Origin: Catajapyx aquilonaris
Lineage: Eukaryota
Length of the DNA stretch: 64,000 bases
Reading direction: 5' to 3'
NCBI GenBank assembly: GCA_000934665.2
Contig: JYFJ02000166.1
Span: forward strand, 1 to 64,000
The notes beneath the pieces are model-generated. The model saw only the letters and a list, made by a program, of their open reading frames with translations, searched no databases and was not told where the DNA came from. Positions 1 through 14,609 of the stretch are shown here, piece by piece (positions within the stretch are counted from its first letter, which is position 1; each line of letters starts with the position of its first letter). Both the position numbers and the translations under genes were made by a program.

Positions 1-3000
1 ATGTTGAATACTGCACACCCTCTTTATTCCGTGCGTTTGGGTGAGAAATCCACGATTTCACCCCTGCACCGTGTCAAGCTCACCCCAACCATGGACATTG
101 ATAATGGCCTGCTCGTTACCCCAATATAGAGCTGAAATAAAACTGATCCAATGTGGGGTGAACACATATGAGAGAAAGGAGGAACCCCCCCTAATATCTG
201 CCCCCTTCTCAATTTTTTTTCTTCTTTTTTTTTAGTGGGTCAACGAAATTTTCGCTTGGCGTCAGGCACCGCATAGAGTGGATCCAGCCCAGTTCACACG
301 GCGTTCAGAGCTAAGCCCCCCCTCCTTTTTCCTATCTTCTCGCTCTCACTACGGGACTCTCCTACCGTTAGTTCCTCGCCTGGTTCCGCTACGGTGGCGC
401 CAGGAAATGCGACTTCGCCGGAAGCTACTCTTATCTGGCTTTTTGGCCCCCATCCTGCCCAACCCCGCAAGATTTTTCTCTCTCCAAAATCCAAATATTG
501 GGAAATACCCCCGTTCAAAAGAAAAAAGAAATTTTTTGTTGTTGACAAGACACGTAGAGAGTGAAAGGTTTGCCTTCATTCATCCCCACTTCCTATTGAT
601 TCTTCCTAAGTCGCAGGCACTATCGGGGGAGGCTATCATTTCACACTATGCTATTCTAGGTTAAGGGGTCCTGCGAGAGGCCTTAAAAGGATCGTTTGCT
701 TATTGAAGAAAATGTGACGCCAGGTCGTAAATGAAAAAGATGTGCTGAGGAGCTGGAGCACAACAAAGTCCTCGTTTTCATCGGTTGAAAATCGTATTCT
801 TATTCCGAGGCGAAACAGCTGGGAAGATGTAGGCTAAAAGGAAAAATGAGGACGGCTTATTCGTCAAGATGCGTCACAGATTTATGAGCGCAACGTCGCT
901 AAACACTCGTCATCTGGGCAAGGCTGAATTCGAAATGGCTGAGAATGAAAAAGTGCCATCACTCAAGGATATTCGCTCAGGCTTCCCAAAGATTGAGCGT
1001 GAAATTGCCCCGTGATATACGTACCGACTTTCGCAGCTCATTTTTCGATCCGACTCCAAAATGGCTCGAGAAAGTTTTTTTTTCCCCTTCTTCTTCATTT
1101 TCTCACGGCCACGTAATTTCCGTAATTTCATTACCCTCCCCAACTTTCAGTCGAAGATTCGTTAAGCCCTTGCCCAATTATGAATTGAAGTTGGTTCACA
1201 CTCAGTGGGATTGTAGTGCATGCCTCTCTTTTGTCCCAATTGATTCTGCCATTTTCCACTCTAAATCGATTTGTAGCATCAAAGCTGACGTTTCGCAACA
1301 TCCCAGACCGTTGTGTTGCACGCGGAATAATTCGCGTAAGAATTAAACAGTCAGTCCCACACTTCTAGTGTGACTTAACTTGGCAGCTGCAAAGAGGTCA
1401 ACGCCATGAAACGTATCACGCAGCTCCTTTTTTCTTAACAAAAGACAAATCCATATTCATATAAACGCGTGTGTTGCTCTCAGGAATTAGCAAGTGCTGC
1501 AAACAGTGTGAATATAATACGCAGTGCCTAAAACCCTTAGCCCCAGCTTTTGTGCAACAGGTGGGGAACCTTCAAAATGTCACGACCTTCATTTCCCGTC
1601 GCTTCCACCCAACGACACACGCTCGCCAACTTGTGTCAATATAATATGCAGGTTAACAATTTGGTTGTGCAGGCGGAACAACATGAACGACTGAAATCCG
1701 ATCAATTATCCCCGTCACACCAAGTACGCGAGATTAATACGCGGTCAACCGCACGGATATTTCGTTTATGCAATGCGTGCGTGTGTGGGCGCGTATAGGC
1801 CTATTTCTAGCCGAGTGATCTTTGGGGACGCACATTTTTGTGACGTCACGCATTTCGGCCAGCATTTAAATACCATTCCTCCCGCTTTCTTCTCACGGAG
1901 CTCGGCCGTACTCCTAACTACTGCTTTACTTCCTACTTCTCGCATGTTTCAATGTTTTATGCATTACCCAATTATGCGGCAAGATTTCCACTGTTTTCTT
2001 TTTTTTAAATAAAGATACACAATCGAATGCTGCGACGTCACAATGGAAGCAGAAGCCCTTCCCTTATAAAGTGGGTATGACATCACACATGCACGATCTC
2101 ATCATTAATTGCAGGGGAGAAAAATGCAGATCAAAAACACACTGCAGACTGAAGAATGGGGTTACATATTCCTCCAGGATAAATTCCTCCATCCATTATC
2201 CCCCTGGCAAAAATAACACCATTAATCATTTCCAACGAAAGAAGAAGAGAAGCTCTCTTCGTTTTCACTTTCGTGCCCCAACACCAAGAATATCCGTATT
2301 ATGAAACGCTCCCCTGCCAAGCCCGTAAAATAAACGTGTGAGAACATCCGCATACTCATACATCTGCAAACTACACGTCACCCTGGATTCTGCACGTTTC
2401 AACCCCACAATTTAAGCACTTTTACTCTCAATTGGGAAGTTGCATCCATCAATTAGCCACCAGTCTGCTTCAATCGTCACCGTTTTCAATAAACCCTTGT
2501 ATAACCGCACCTGCTTCAGGGATGCGCCCCAGGTTGGCACCCCGTGTTTCCCACGATCCAAGTTGGCCGACCTGCTGCAGGATGGAGGTCGTCCTGAGGG
2601 GGGAGGGAGGGGGGGAGAGGGGGAGAAGGCTTTTTCGCATCGAGCCAATCCGCCAATCCGGCCGTGGGGGTGGGTCTCCCCCCCGCTCAGCTGACGGCAT
2701 TGCGTGCTCATGCCAGGCCCTTTACTGCACCCTACTCTCTTCTCTCTCTCTTTGCCACTTACCACTCGTTACACTCCCTATTCCGTTCTTTCCTATTGTT
2801 GCCGAACACTTGTTATTGCACTTCTAGCTTCATGCCAGATTATAGTGGGAACTCATTACATTCAAAAATTTATGCGGATAATCGACTCTCGGGCCCACTG
2901 GGGCTGCGTCACTGTTTACACGCGTCCTTGTAACATGTGACATAACATCTGGCTCGAGTGCTTTATTTGACATACCATGATAGTCGATCGGGGCTGGAAA

Positions 3001-6000
3001 ATATTGCAAAAAGGCTGGTCGAACTATGCGCAGTTCTAATAATAATCGTGACATGTTGGCTCTATTCCTTGCGTTTATAAATCTAGTAGTGTTCCGCCCC
3101 AAAACGACAGCTCGCAATATATATTCCCCCTCCAGCCAGGTTACTCGTCCTTGGAGAGTTCCCCACCGCGAAGACAAGCTCTTCATGTTCCAGCTATTTT
3201 TTTGTTTTCTTCTCCCAGAATCCTTTTTAATTCCTCCTCCCCTAGCTCTTCCCCCACATCGCCAATCCCTCAGCCCCACCGCGTTTCCATTCACAATGAC
3301 TTCGATCTTCGCCCCAGAAAATGCATGAAGGGTATTGAGGGGTAAGGGATTAGGGGCTGGAGGGGGAAAACTTCCCTTACTTCCCCATGATCATCGGCGA
3401 TGTTGAAGCCTCGACATCACCGCCAATCGTTGCCCCGAGATAGAAAAATCCTAGATATGACGTCATCCAACTTCCCAATTGCAGGATCAGTTCCTGGGTC
3501 TGTGGGTTGTTATGAAAGCAGCGGGGTAATAGGACACTCCGCTGGTATACACACACACACACAAAAAAAGGAAGGGGTCGAATAATGGACCATATCGAAG
3601 CCCACAATGGAGTTGGCAGAAAAATTGAGCAAACGTATTTATAACAGAACTGCATTCGTGGTATTCAGGAAATCGGATTTCTCGGTCTGCGAGATGTGGG
3701 CTGGACTGAAAAGAATCTAGTCCGTGAGAAGGAGGTCCGCTTCCGAAGTGGTCTCTGGGTTCGAGGAGGTAGAAAAAAAAAGGAGGGGGTGGAGGGTGGG
3801 AAAAAAAATGGGGGAGGTGGAAAGACATCCCTCTTCCATTCCTCCCCTCAAACTCCATGGGGGGAGAAAGAGATGGTTGAGGGGGGAAAGAGAAAAGGTC
3901 CAGACAACAAGGGAGGTGACTAGTTGAAAACGAAATTACTCCAGGGCCAACTTACCCCAGGTTTGCCACGGGGAGGGGAACGAAACAACATTCGAGTTTA
4001 TCCAGCAGACACATCTGTCTGTTTTTGTTACTACTTCCCAACCATGGCCCCCACTGGTAGATTCCTCCACGTCAAGAGTATAAACACCGCCGTCCAATAA
4101 CAGTAATGAAAGTCGAAGGCACATTAGGCCAGATTGCTTCGGGATGAGGAGAGGGCATGCTGTCAGGGTCATTACCGGACCATGTACCAAAAATTTTCGG
4201 CACGACCCCCCTCGCACTTTCCGAGTTGGTATGCAGCATGTTGGTGCAATCCAAGTACCGCAATATAGAAGAAGCTTTACAACCAGCCCTTTGTTTCCGC
4301 CAGCACAATTTGATCCGGTTTTCTCCGTCACTTCACGAGTGGACTGCCTAGCCAAGCCAACCAGCTAACGAGCCCCGTGACGTCACTCGAAATGTAAAAT
4401 GTTACATGTACGATTCGGACTGTCTGTCACGCATCTACGACCTCGAAATAGAACCGGTGGAGGAGGAGGAAGGTGGTCCAGACAGCTTGGAGCAAATCTT
4501 GGCAACGTGGTCACGCAGCCTCCAAGTGATTCCGCATCAAAACTTGCCTTATTTTCCCCTGCCTCATCCTTCCTGGAGCGACCCCCAAATACGATCTGGC
4601 AACTCTTCAAGGTTGCCGCACCAGCTCTTTGCAAACATGCAGCCGCACAGTCCTTCCCCCCTTGGCCATTACCTCTCCCTCTTCTCTCGGGGAGGTGCCC
4701 AACAAAGGGATAGAAATACGACACCTCCTTATAGGAACACATTCCGGTCGACCCGACGGATTTTGACGGGGGAGAGAAGGCTTTTAAAAAACAGGTGACA
4801 ATGGCGACCTTGGTCCACCTGGATGTAAAACCCAGCGCTCCGGTGCATGACGACGCTTCCAAAAAGGTTTTTGCCGGGTCAGGCCTTCCTGTGGGGTCGG
4901 TCATGTTTCATCGGGGATCCTCCCCGGGGGTTGACACCTTCACCCCCTTTTTTTTCCACAGGGGACGCAACGTCGCATCGGTGCAATCTTCCCTAACAGC
5001 ATCCATCCCGTGCGTCAAATTTTGCTGCCACCCGGTATTGACAAGCCGTCAAAAAAAATACATTTCACCCCCCCCCCCCCCCCTCGCGTTCCCCCCNCTG
5101 ACCACCGAAAAACTACTGTCAAAAAATTGCTGCACGAAATCAACAGCTCCTGGTGCCTCAAACCCACCTCTGAAAAAAAAATAATTCGAGGCGCCCATTA
5201 CCACCAGTCTCCCGGCCATGCAAGCTGGTTTGGCCTTTTATCCAGTGACCCTTGCCAGAATCCCCAACCCATTCTTTCTAGACACATGAAAACTTCCCAC
5301 ACCATCATCCGTGACAGGCGGCACACGGAAATGGGAGTCTTCTGCTCAACTAGAGGGCCGGGCACGTACGCCCAAACTGTTAGCTTCCCAGAGAATTATT
5401 TTTTTCCAGGGGGATTACATTAAAATACCCCGGTGCAATTGGAGGAGCCGTGGCTGCATTCGAGACGGTGATGTGATGCAACGGACGACGGAGTCACGAT
5501 ATGCAGCCTACGCTCCTAAACCATTGCTGCATAACATATCCCCATCATATTTTTTTCCCCCATCTCCCGTCCTTTCCTTGTTCCTCCACCTTAGAAGCGA
5601 CCTTCTTCCTCACGTGAACTTCCTAATTCAGTCGCTTATCTAAAACGAAAACCCAATCTCCAAAACCAAGGCCACACAGCTCAAGTGGATTTGACACTCT
5701 AACATCGTGCTTGTATGCTCCAAGCATCAGGCGTCAAGATCATGCTATACAAGAGGATGCTTGAAAAATAATTTTTGTAAAACTCATTGCGGCGTACATC
5801 ATCTATCTCACTTTACAAAGTGGGGGAGAGCCTGCAATTGATGGCGTGGGTTGTCATTTCAAATCACTTTTGGCCCTTCCTGTGGCGCTAGAAATCCATA
5901 TCCAACAAACTGGAAAGCCATTATCACGAGTCCCTTTATTCCAGGCATGCACAGGAGGAACAAACAACTGCGGCAGGAACACAAAAGGAACCGGAAATGG

Positions 6001-8399
6001 TTAGGTCGTCACCGTGCCAGCTGTATGGAGTCCTGGGTTTCTCCCTTAATTGTTATTAATATACTTGGGTGTAGCTGTCAACCGCGCATCCATTCCCCGT
6101 GTAAACATTATTGCCTATATTGGCCTGGGATGACATTTAACATTATCATTACACGGTATCGATTTATACTGCGTCATTAAAATGCAACGTAAACTCGATG
6201 AAATGGAGAATGAAATTTTGATCGTCATGGCCCAAAGGCTTCATTCTGGATTATCCTCGCTGGCCATGTCAGGGAGCGAGAAATTAAAATAAAGCCGGAC
6301 GTTTACTCCCCAAGGCAATATATAAATAACAAAATAAGCCTCCCTTACTGTACTTATGAATTTTCATAATCCATGTATAGGTTCAGTAAATAGTGTGTAG
6401 TGGTCAAAGTGTCAGGTGACAAGAATGTTTTATAGTACTGCAGTAATCTGACGGATAAAAAAAAATTACAGGCTGGTCATTACACTGGAACAGCGAATCT
6501 ACACGGCTCCCTCAAAAACTAATTTTGCTCACGATAACTGCTTGGGAAACGTCGCCGTCAATTTCAGATATGGCATTAAAAAATGAAGTGAATGTGGCTC
6601 AATATCAATCTCTTAAATTACTTTCGACTCTACAATATTAATAGTCCAATGTCACCGAAAGAGCACTACAAGTCAACTCAGCATGACGCAATAACTGACT
6701 CGTGATAAGTAAAGCATTTGTCTACACACTTCTCAGGTGGATCCGGAATGTAAACAACGCGTGCCCTGTGAGGAACTCTGAGAAAACGCGATAGTACAAA
6801 TATAAATATTATTATATATATTCCATGATATGATATATTTCCATCTGTACTTTCACCTCGCAATCGATAAGTAAGTCATTGATCTGTCCGCACTGTGTCC
6901 GCAAGTCCTTTGCCACAAAACCCATTATACTGTACAATTACAGCATGTTCGGTTACCAGTAATTTATGTGATTCATAAACTCCAGCAAATTCAACATAAC
7001 CAACGCATAATGGAAAACTATTCAATTTCACGCCAACCCATGTTCGTGCTATCAAGTGCGTGGCAATCCAAAAAAATGCAATCAGTACACCCATGGAATT
7101 ATATTAAAAAAAAACGCAGCAAAAACCCGCGGCACGTTTTAAAGAACTAGGATCAGCTGTCTGAAGGACACCAGGCAACTCCACACACGGTCGGAAACAA
7201 GCCAAAGCCGCAATGGAAAACTCGGAATGAGAACTTTTTGTCCGACATCATCCGTACAACATATCGCGGGCCGCCAGAAGCATAAAACCGCGATTACCAT
7301 CGGCCCGCCATATAATACGGGCAGGCCAAGCGAAACTTCGGGGTCATGGAGTAAGTACAGCCCTTTTGAGTAAAAGCAAAATCCGATTACCACTGCGATT
7401 GCATTACACTTCCCCTCAAAACTGGTTCGAGCATAAAATAATGCGCACGTCCCGATGAACCCACAGCTGTGCATGTGTGTGAATGTGGGAGGAAGTAAGG
7501 AACCCACAGGCAAAACTTCAGACCAAACCAGCCATCGTGACAACACCGCCCTTGGAACCATGACTAATTTCTGCACCACCCTGTTATCTCCCGCCTGCAC
7601 TTTTTTTCGCTCTCTCTCTCGCTTTTGCTATTTCCAACCCAGGAGTGCGTTAAAAAGCGCGAAACAAAAAAAAAAAACCATTAAAAACTAGAAGGCAAAA
7701 GAGGGGTGAGGACCAAAAGCCTGCAATAACAGGACAGGCACTTGAAGCAGTTTGCGGTCTTCGACCCCCCCAACCCCTCTAATTTTTTATTCCATTTTTT
7801 TTCTATGCATTCTTTTGCAACCGAGGGCAGCCTACAGTCATCAAAGTTCGCGAATACTCAATCGGGGAATGATTTTTGCTCTTCACAAAATGTTCTGACC
7901 CATTACAGTAGTTGAACCCGATCACACGAGCCACGAGAAACGGGGCCAACAACCTAAACAACCAACTGACGCTGAGAGACATTCGCAAAATCGCCTCCCG
8001 GGCAAAAACAAGTGCGACTTGACCGATAATCATTATCCCCCCCCCCCCTGCGCACCTAATTCGCGGATGATAACTGTCCAGGTGAGCGTTAACGTTATGT
8101 TGCGAATGACGCTTCCAGAAATTTAATAAGCAAGAAATATTACGCAGCAGCTATAGATGTCGCCATGTAAGTCGTTGACAGTGGTTTCACCTTTCTCTTC
8201 AGGTGCTTAACTGCAAAGGATAACATCATGTGTGATGACCAATCTGACCGTGAAAGGACCCCACTGGGGCATATATTCTGCGCAATTCATTTCAAGTAAA
8301 TCACATACACTGCGCCATCGCGAATTCACCTGTCAATACGCCAGCTTCCTCATTTTGACACCGACACCCCCACTGAATACCAATGCTGCATGGCGAAGG

Positions 8400-8435
8400 A
8401 GAGAGAGAGAGAGAGAAGGAGAGATAGAGAGAGAG
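8400..8435. repeat. (GA)n microsatellite
   Basis: Interrupted gagagagagagagagaaggagagatagagagagag. Confidence 0.85.
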
Positions 8436-11400
8436 AAAAAAACCAACACTTTCATAATGTAAATTTCTCACGCAAGGGCCATTAGAAGGCCAGCAAGTCT
8501 CTCCCCCCATGTCAGACGGATATTGGTCGGCCTGCAAGGACAGTATATTCGGGCTAGCACAAACACTCCAAACGTGTTTACCTCACGGAAAAGTGCAACC
8601 GACCAGAGAGTGGGTGGACATAACTAACTTAATACCGAGCATAAATCGCCGTCCAATCGTATTCCACATCTCCCACCGCATCCTCCGAAAACGGAACCAG
8701 AACACCTTGGGGAGTCCGCAAACTTTTTCATACTAAAAAAAGGTCGTTTATCAACAACTTGTGTAAACACAAGGGTGGCAGTCTCCCCCTTCAGGAGGCC
8801 ATTGTGCCAACTTATTCCCCGAAAAGTGGTCAAAACGCACATGCGTAGTCATACCTAGCAACTAAAGATGATGTCTCGTTGGGGACAGCCTGTTTTGCTC
8901 ATGGCGGTACACCCCCACCACAAAAGATCCACATTTTTTTGTTGTTGTTGTTTCCCTCCAGTTCAATAATCAATGTGCTTTTGGTGGAATAAATTCCGGG
9001 TGCAAACATTCCCACTGGTCATGCACACTGCCAATGAGGAAGTCAACCGCTTCCATTGATCTGCTGGCAAAGTGGAGTTAATGAGTAATGGGCAAACTGC
9101 TATACAATGTAGTAGTACCGCCGCCGTGTACTGCTGGCAGCAAAAAAAATTGCAAAAAGACACGCAAATTAGCACGGCATTACCAAGTTCAACTTACACT
9201 TTTGAAATGAGCCAGGTTGGTGTTAAACCTATTTTAAAAGCAGATGTTTGAATGTCCCTTGGTGTGTTCACCACACTCTCTGCCTTCTTCCTCCAGAGCC
9301 AAATTTGCACCCACCCAAAAATAAACTCTTCCTATTACCAGTCGTAAGCGCGGCCAATGATCCGGATTTTGCAAACAATGTCTCCTAAAGGACTGAAGAG
9401 TCGTGGCCTTAGGAATGATTCAGATCTGTGACGTCCCGTATGTGCAGCAAGCGGGTCTACAACCTTGTCGTACCATACTTATATTAGCCACACGTTAGCA
9501 TTTGCTTTTTTTTATCTCTACAGCTGGTGTTCCGTCAACACCAGGCCATATAAAATGTAACGCCTACTAAAACAAAGGAACGATTTCGCAATGGGCTCAC
9601 AATGGTTAAACGCGACAGACAATGCGCGGATTCATTCCCATGGTACCAAAACTGGGAAGATTGTCACACTATTATACAGCCAGAATTATCGCATGTGCAC
9701 CCATCAAGTTAATTGCATTGGAATAATCACGTCAACCGACAAGGAAAGTGAATCTGGTCCCAAACATGCGTACGTACAGCAATTACCGCGACTTGTTCAA
9801 GTAACTGTTACTCGATCAACCTCTCGTACCGGGCAATATCATTAGTCAAGTGCAATTAACATTCACAACAATAATATTTTTTCACCCAGATGGCCCGAAG
9901 CAAAACAATCTGAAACTATGTCTTGTCTAGTACAAAGAAATCCGAAACATGTGAAGAGGCGGTTCTAAAGGTCTGCAAGAACCAGATGTTAACCTTGAGT
10001 TCTCTCTTTCCTCTTTTTTTTTCTTTGTCTTTCTTTCTCTGTCCGCGCCATGCCAGTGAACAATGATCGGAGGGGCCAGGTAGATACACCTGGTGGCTGT
10101 CAATTCGATCCCTGAAAGAGCAAGCGAACTAGAACTTAATTCATGATCTGGGAAGGGAAAGTACAGAACCGGGACTCGAACCCCTTTGCCAAACCCTCCC
10201 AAAAGCTGTCGAAACATGGTCTATTTCTGCAACTGAATGTATCCTGCCAGCCAGTGAACCGGTTTACCTCCCTTTTTTCCCTCTACATCCACCTTATTTT
10301 AATTCACTACAGTACACAACCGTACGCACTACAAGGTAATGACACAATTTGACTTTCCGCATACTGCACACAGGACGAAACAAGCTGTCAAAATGTGACA
10401 TTTTTCACTCCTTTTTTTCTTCTTCTTCAAAGCCCCTGAAGCACCTTCACACAACCCTGCTGCAGGGGGTGAAAAAAAAAAATCCAGTGCTAGTTCCAAC
10501 CTACGCGTTTCCAGCGTGCTTATTGACTACTTCCAACCCAGAGTATCTGATACGTCGCTTCCTGCCTCCTGGCAGATAGCATGTGACAAGCTCAACAATA
10601 TTTTGGCAACTGGGCTTGGAGGTTGAGGCTTTGGTTATGCCAGGTAACATATCGACATTCTCCTGCTTTATTTCTCTTTTTTTTTTTGTAAAATAAAAAA
10701 AGGAAGGCAAAGATGGCTGCTTTGCTACCAATTGTTGCGATTCTGGCAAGATGCCAGCACCTTACAATGTTCAGTCAGCATAGGCCCAAAATGCCTAAAA
10801 GCATGTGGGTGACGTCACTTTATTTGCACGTTGGGACTAGAGGCACTATTTCTGGGAACTAACGGGAACTGCCAGAACTTCCAATCTGGGTACAGTCACC
10901 GACGAAAGTTGTGACCCACGTACGCTGGTTGAGTAATGCTTAGATAACCAATTTGCACATTGCTAACATCCTCTCTCTAACGGCCTGAGAAGTATGAGGC
11001 AGCATATCAGCAATTGAGTGAACTCTGGGTCTAAAACCAGTTCTCTTGATAGCCCCATATCTACATATGTCTCAGCATCTACGCACTTATTTAGCAAGCA
11101 GAGCAGTCCACATTCCAGCAGCAAATTGCTATATTACTCCTGCTTTTGCCAAGTACCACTGCAGCCACTTCTATCTTTACTTTATTACACACAACTTGGA
11201 CTAGCTTTATAAATCCCAATATCACCATCATAAGCGTCCATAGCGACAATGTCCCTTTAAATAATGAAGAGAACTCATTGTCCATCTATTGTCATCTTTT
11301 TATCCCAACACAACTTGAACCTATTTTTTTAAAATCACTATTTTAATAATCAGTTTTTAAAGCCTGGCTTTGGCCTAGCTATGCTGCTTACATAATCACC

Positions 11401-12352
11401 CCCCCCCCCCCATTGCCAAAGACTACCTCCCCTAACAATGGCCTTTCCATGCAACAAAATGGCTGCACCATTGTCACCCCCCATCTCTTTCCAACCACCA
11501 ATTTTTTTCCCCCCTCCAAAAAAAATAATAAGACCAACAAACATGTACAGACCTGTCCACGACGCATTTTGGCCCCCCCGCTTCTCCAAGTTACCCAATT
11601 TTCTCCATCACTTACAACACTGCCCATATTACCAACAAGGCGGCGGCCATGTTGCTGTTACTTATCCCCCCCTCCCTTGACACCTTTTGGATTTTCCCCA
11701 TCATCCCCCTGAATGCTTTTGAAAAAAAGGATACAACTTGATCACGTCAGTGTCCATCCGACGCTTTCCTGCACTCGGGGAAGTCATCCTGCGGCCTTTG
11801 GGGGGTCACACAAAACTTCCCCTTCTCTTGGGTCGCGCGATTTCGCCCCTTTTTCGCCCTTTTTGCGGAGTTGTTCAGTGTTTTTTGTGTGTGTTTCTTC
11901 CAATCTGGATGATTTTGATCACTGTATTCCGAGGGGGGGTCAAGCTGCCAGGGTGGAGAGAGAGAGAGCCCCTTCAGAAGGGACTTTATAAAAAAAAAAG
12001 GGGAAAACAACGGAGTTTAAAGTTCTCAGCTCTAGTCTGCTCGATCCGTCTGCCTCGCACTCTCGACACACAATGGCGACCGTCTCCAGGGTGACGTCAT
12101 TCCAGAAGCCCCTCCCATCCATCCCCCCCTTTTCCAGCAAGGTTGGAAATAACGGAAGGAGCAACACCAACAATCGGGGGGCAAACAAAGGGTCTCAGCC
12201 TGAGGGAGGTATATTTACTGTACATTGTAATATATTCTAGGGTGTGTTGGAGGCTGCATAGGGAAGCAATTTGAGATAGAGGACACTCACGGGCGGAAAC
12301 CAGCAACACCAACGGCGCTACAGGCCCATTATAACATCCCATTATTGTAACA

Positions 12353-12649
12353 CACCCCCCGGATATTGTTGTGTATAGGGTACCCTGCCTAACCTGACTG
12401 TGACGTAATAGTTTCGCTTAATCAGTTTCAGTCAACTGACACATGCTGAACGCACCCATGGAACATCCAACATTTCCTCACACAACAATAGGTCCTATTG
12501 TTGTGTGAGGGCATTTCCATGGAAACAGGAAGAGTTGGAGGTTCCATGGGTGCGTTCAGCATATTTCAGTTGACTAAAAATGAGTAAGCGAAACTATTAC
12601 GTCACAGTCCGAGTAGGCAGGGTACCCTATACAACAATATCGGGGGGTG
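12353..12649. mobile_element. Foldback/MITE-like element with ~120-bp inverted arms and an inner perfect hairpin
   Basis: caccccccggatattgttg...tagggtaccctgccta...cccatggaacatccaac is mirrored by gttggaggttccatggg...taggcagggtaccctata caacaatatcggggggtg. Inner 17-bp perfect arms at 12476-12492 and 12494-12510. No clear TSD. Confidence 0.8.
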
Positions 12650-12859
12650 ATATATACCGTAATTATGGGATGTTAATGGGCATGTAGCGCCGTTGGTGTT
12701 GCTGGTTTTCCGGCCATGAGTGTCCTATCTCAAATTTCTTCCCTATGCAGCCCCAACAAACACAATGTGTACACCGGTGTACACACCATAACTGCGTAAA
12801 TACCTCATCAGCTGAGACATTGGGTGCGTTCGGCAGATTGCTGTAGAAATTAGTCAACA

Positions 12860-13510
12860 AAACGATGACGTCAATGGCAAGTTAGTTTGTTCAACAAGAA
12901 TGCCGTGACGTCACTCAACAATGAATAATTTTGTTGTAGAGAGCTCTAGAGAGAGTGACGTCATGGCATTATATGTGTCAAATGGGGGCACACAGTTGGC
13001 AACCTGGCTGCGGATTCACACGAGGTCGTTCGCCGTTTGATCTGTCGTTGGTTCAGTACCGACAGCCAATTTTACTTGACATGTCAACCACCATCAGCAT
13101 GTACAGTGCGGATTTCCGGTCCGTTACGCGTTACCCAGCCCTGTTAGCAACAAGGGGGTTAAAAGAGATAGGATAATAATATGGATCCGAAGGGCGGATT
13201 TAGGGGGATAGGGGTAGGTAGAGTTGTAGAGAGAGGTGGGTTTGCAGCCTTTTTTGTGTGAGAGAGAAGTAGCTAGAGAGAGAGCATGCGTGGCATGAAG
13301 GGGGATCACGTGATTGCAATCAGCTGGTCGGGGTAAACAAGTCAGGCATGCCCCTGTTGCCAAGGGAAAATCGACCGTACCGTCTATATGCACCACATCA
13401 AATCATAATAATGAAGGATTTAAAAATCTGGCACCATTTTTACATAAAAAAAAGTTCTTCATAGAAACTGGAGGGTGTTTTTAAAAGGCGGATGTGAGTG
13501 ACGTCAGAGT
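12860..13510. promoter_or_regulatory. CRE cluster and composite enhancer or alternative promoter
   Basis: TGACGTCA at 12866, 12906, 12956 and 13499. ATCACGTGAT, ATTGCAAT, CAGCTG and GTAAACA are packed into 13305-13339. Confidence 0.55.
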
Positions 13511-14449
13511 CATGCAGGGGATAGTGTTGTCGCTAAGCGAGACCAAAAATCTGGCTTATGAAGTCATGAGGTTAAATGACGCATGATGGAAGGTCGCGTT
13601 TTGTTAGTTGCGCGTGCAATGTGCAAACCACATAATTTTCATCGGTACCTGGTATTCATACAGTATTCGCGGAGTCTTTTATGCAGCACTGTTATCAGTG
13701 TTTCAAGGGAGGTTTCAAGCTGATGAAACCCCCATGCTCAGCGATTTCTCTAGAGATAAGCATCCTTTGTACTTGTACTTGGTTTTTTTGTTGTAAAATC
13801 GGGGTCCGGCTGATGTTACTGCGTCATTGCGATCATTGACATTTGAGTAGGGATGGGGCAAGACGATGGCTGAAGGGGTCGAGGGGGTTGGCTGGCTGGA
13901 TCTGGGGTCGTCATATTTACACGCTGCACGGGCTGAACACTGTCCACTTCTCAACTATTGATCTGGGATACCGTATATATACACACCCCGGATTGGAAAC
14001 AAAGAGCTGGCGTTTCGCCACAGCCTAATCTGGCCTATTTGCAGATCTGACTGACTCTTTTTGCGCACATGAACAAAACAAGTTCGCATTACAACTATTA
14101 GTGATTGTGATAGGGCTGATTTTTTGTACTTTTATTGCGGGTTACATAAAAACGTGATTAGTATGACTTTTCGCCCACATGAAGCAGGGGGCGACCTTCG
14201 GTTTTTATGCGGCTACAAAATTGAGAAATAAGATATGCTGTTCTGCAATTAAACGAGTCTCTTGAGGCATAGCTTATCAGCACGATCATTAATTTTTCCC
14301 TTGGTTTCCACTTTGCAATGGCGTGCATAATCAAAGTGCATTTTGCCATGACAATGTTCGCAGCCCTGATTATAGGAACAATGGCCACTGACACATGACG
14401 CAAAAAATAATTTAATGCCCGTAAATAATTGCCTGTTACAATCACTTAC

Positions 14450-14609
14450 GCCTACAGGGCGAACAGGGGAAAAAATGGGAGTAATATTCCGACGGGAAAA
14501 CTTTATTTGCTGAACCATAATTTTTTTCCGCTTTTTAATTGAACGGATATTTTCCCATTGCAACCTTGCCGTTTATTTTACAGCCACTGGCAACAAAAAG
14601 CACCAAACT
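14450..14609 (-). other. Probable non-coding first exon of a leftward gene divergent from PIGV
   Basis: Minus-strand TCAGTT initiator at 14611-14606 and a perfect GTAAGT donor at 14449-14444. No coding exon of this gene was identified in the window. Confidence 0.45.

Noticed and set aside
10165..10190. Minus-strand GGTTCGAGTCC B-box suggesting a tRNA
   Set aside because: No A-box, acceptor stem or cloverleaf; at most a SINE relic.
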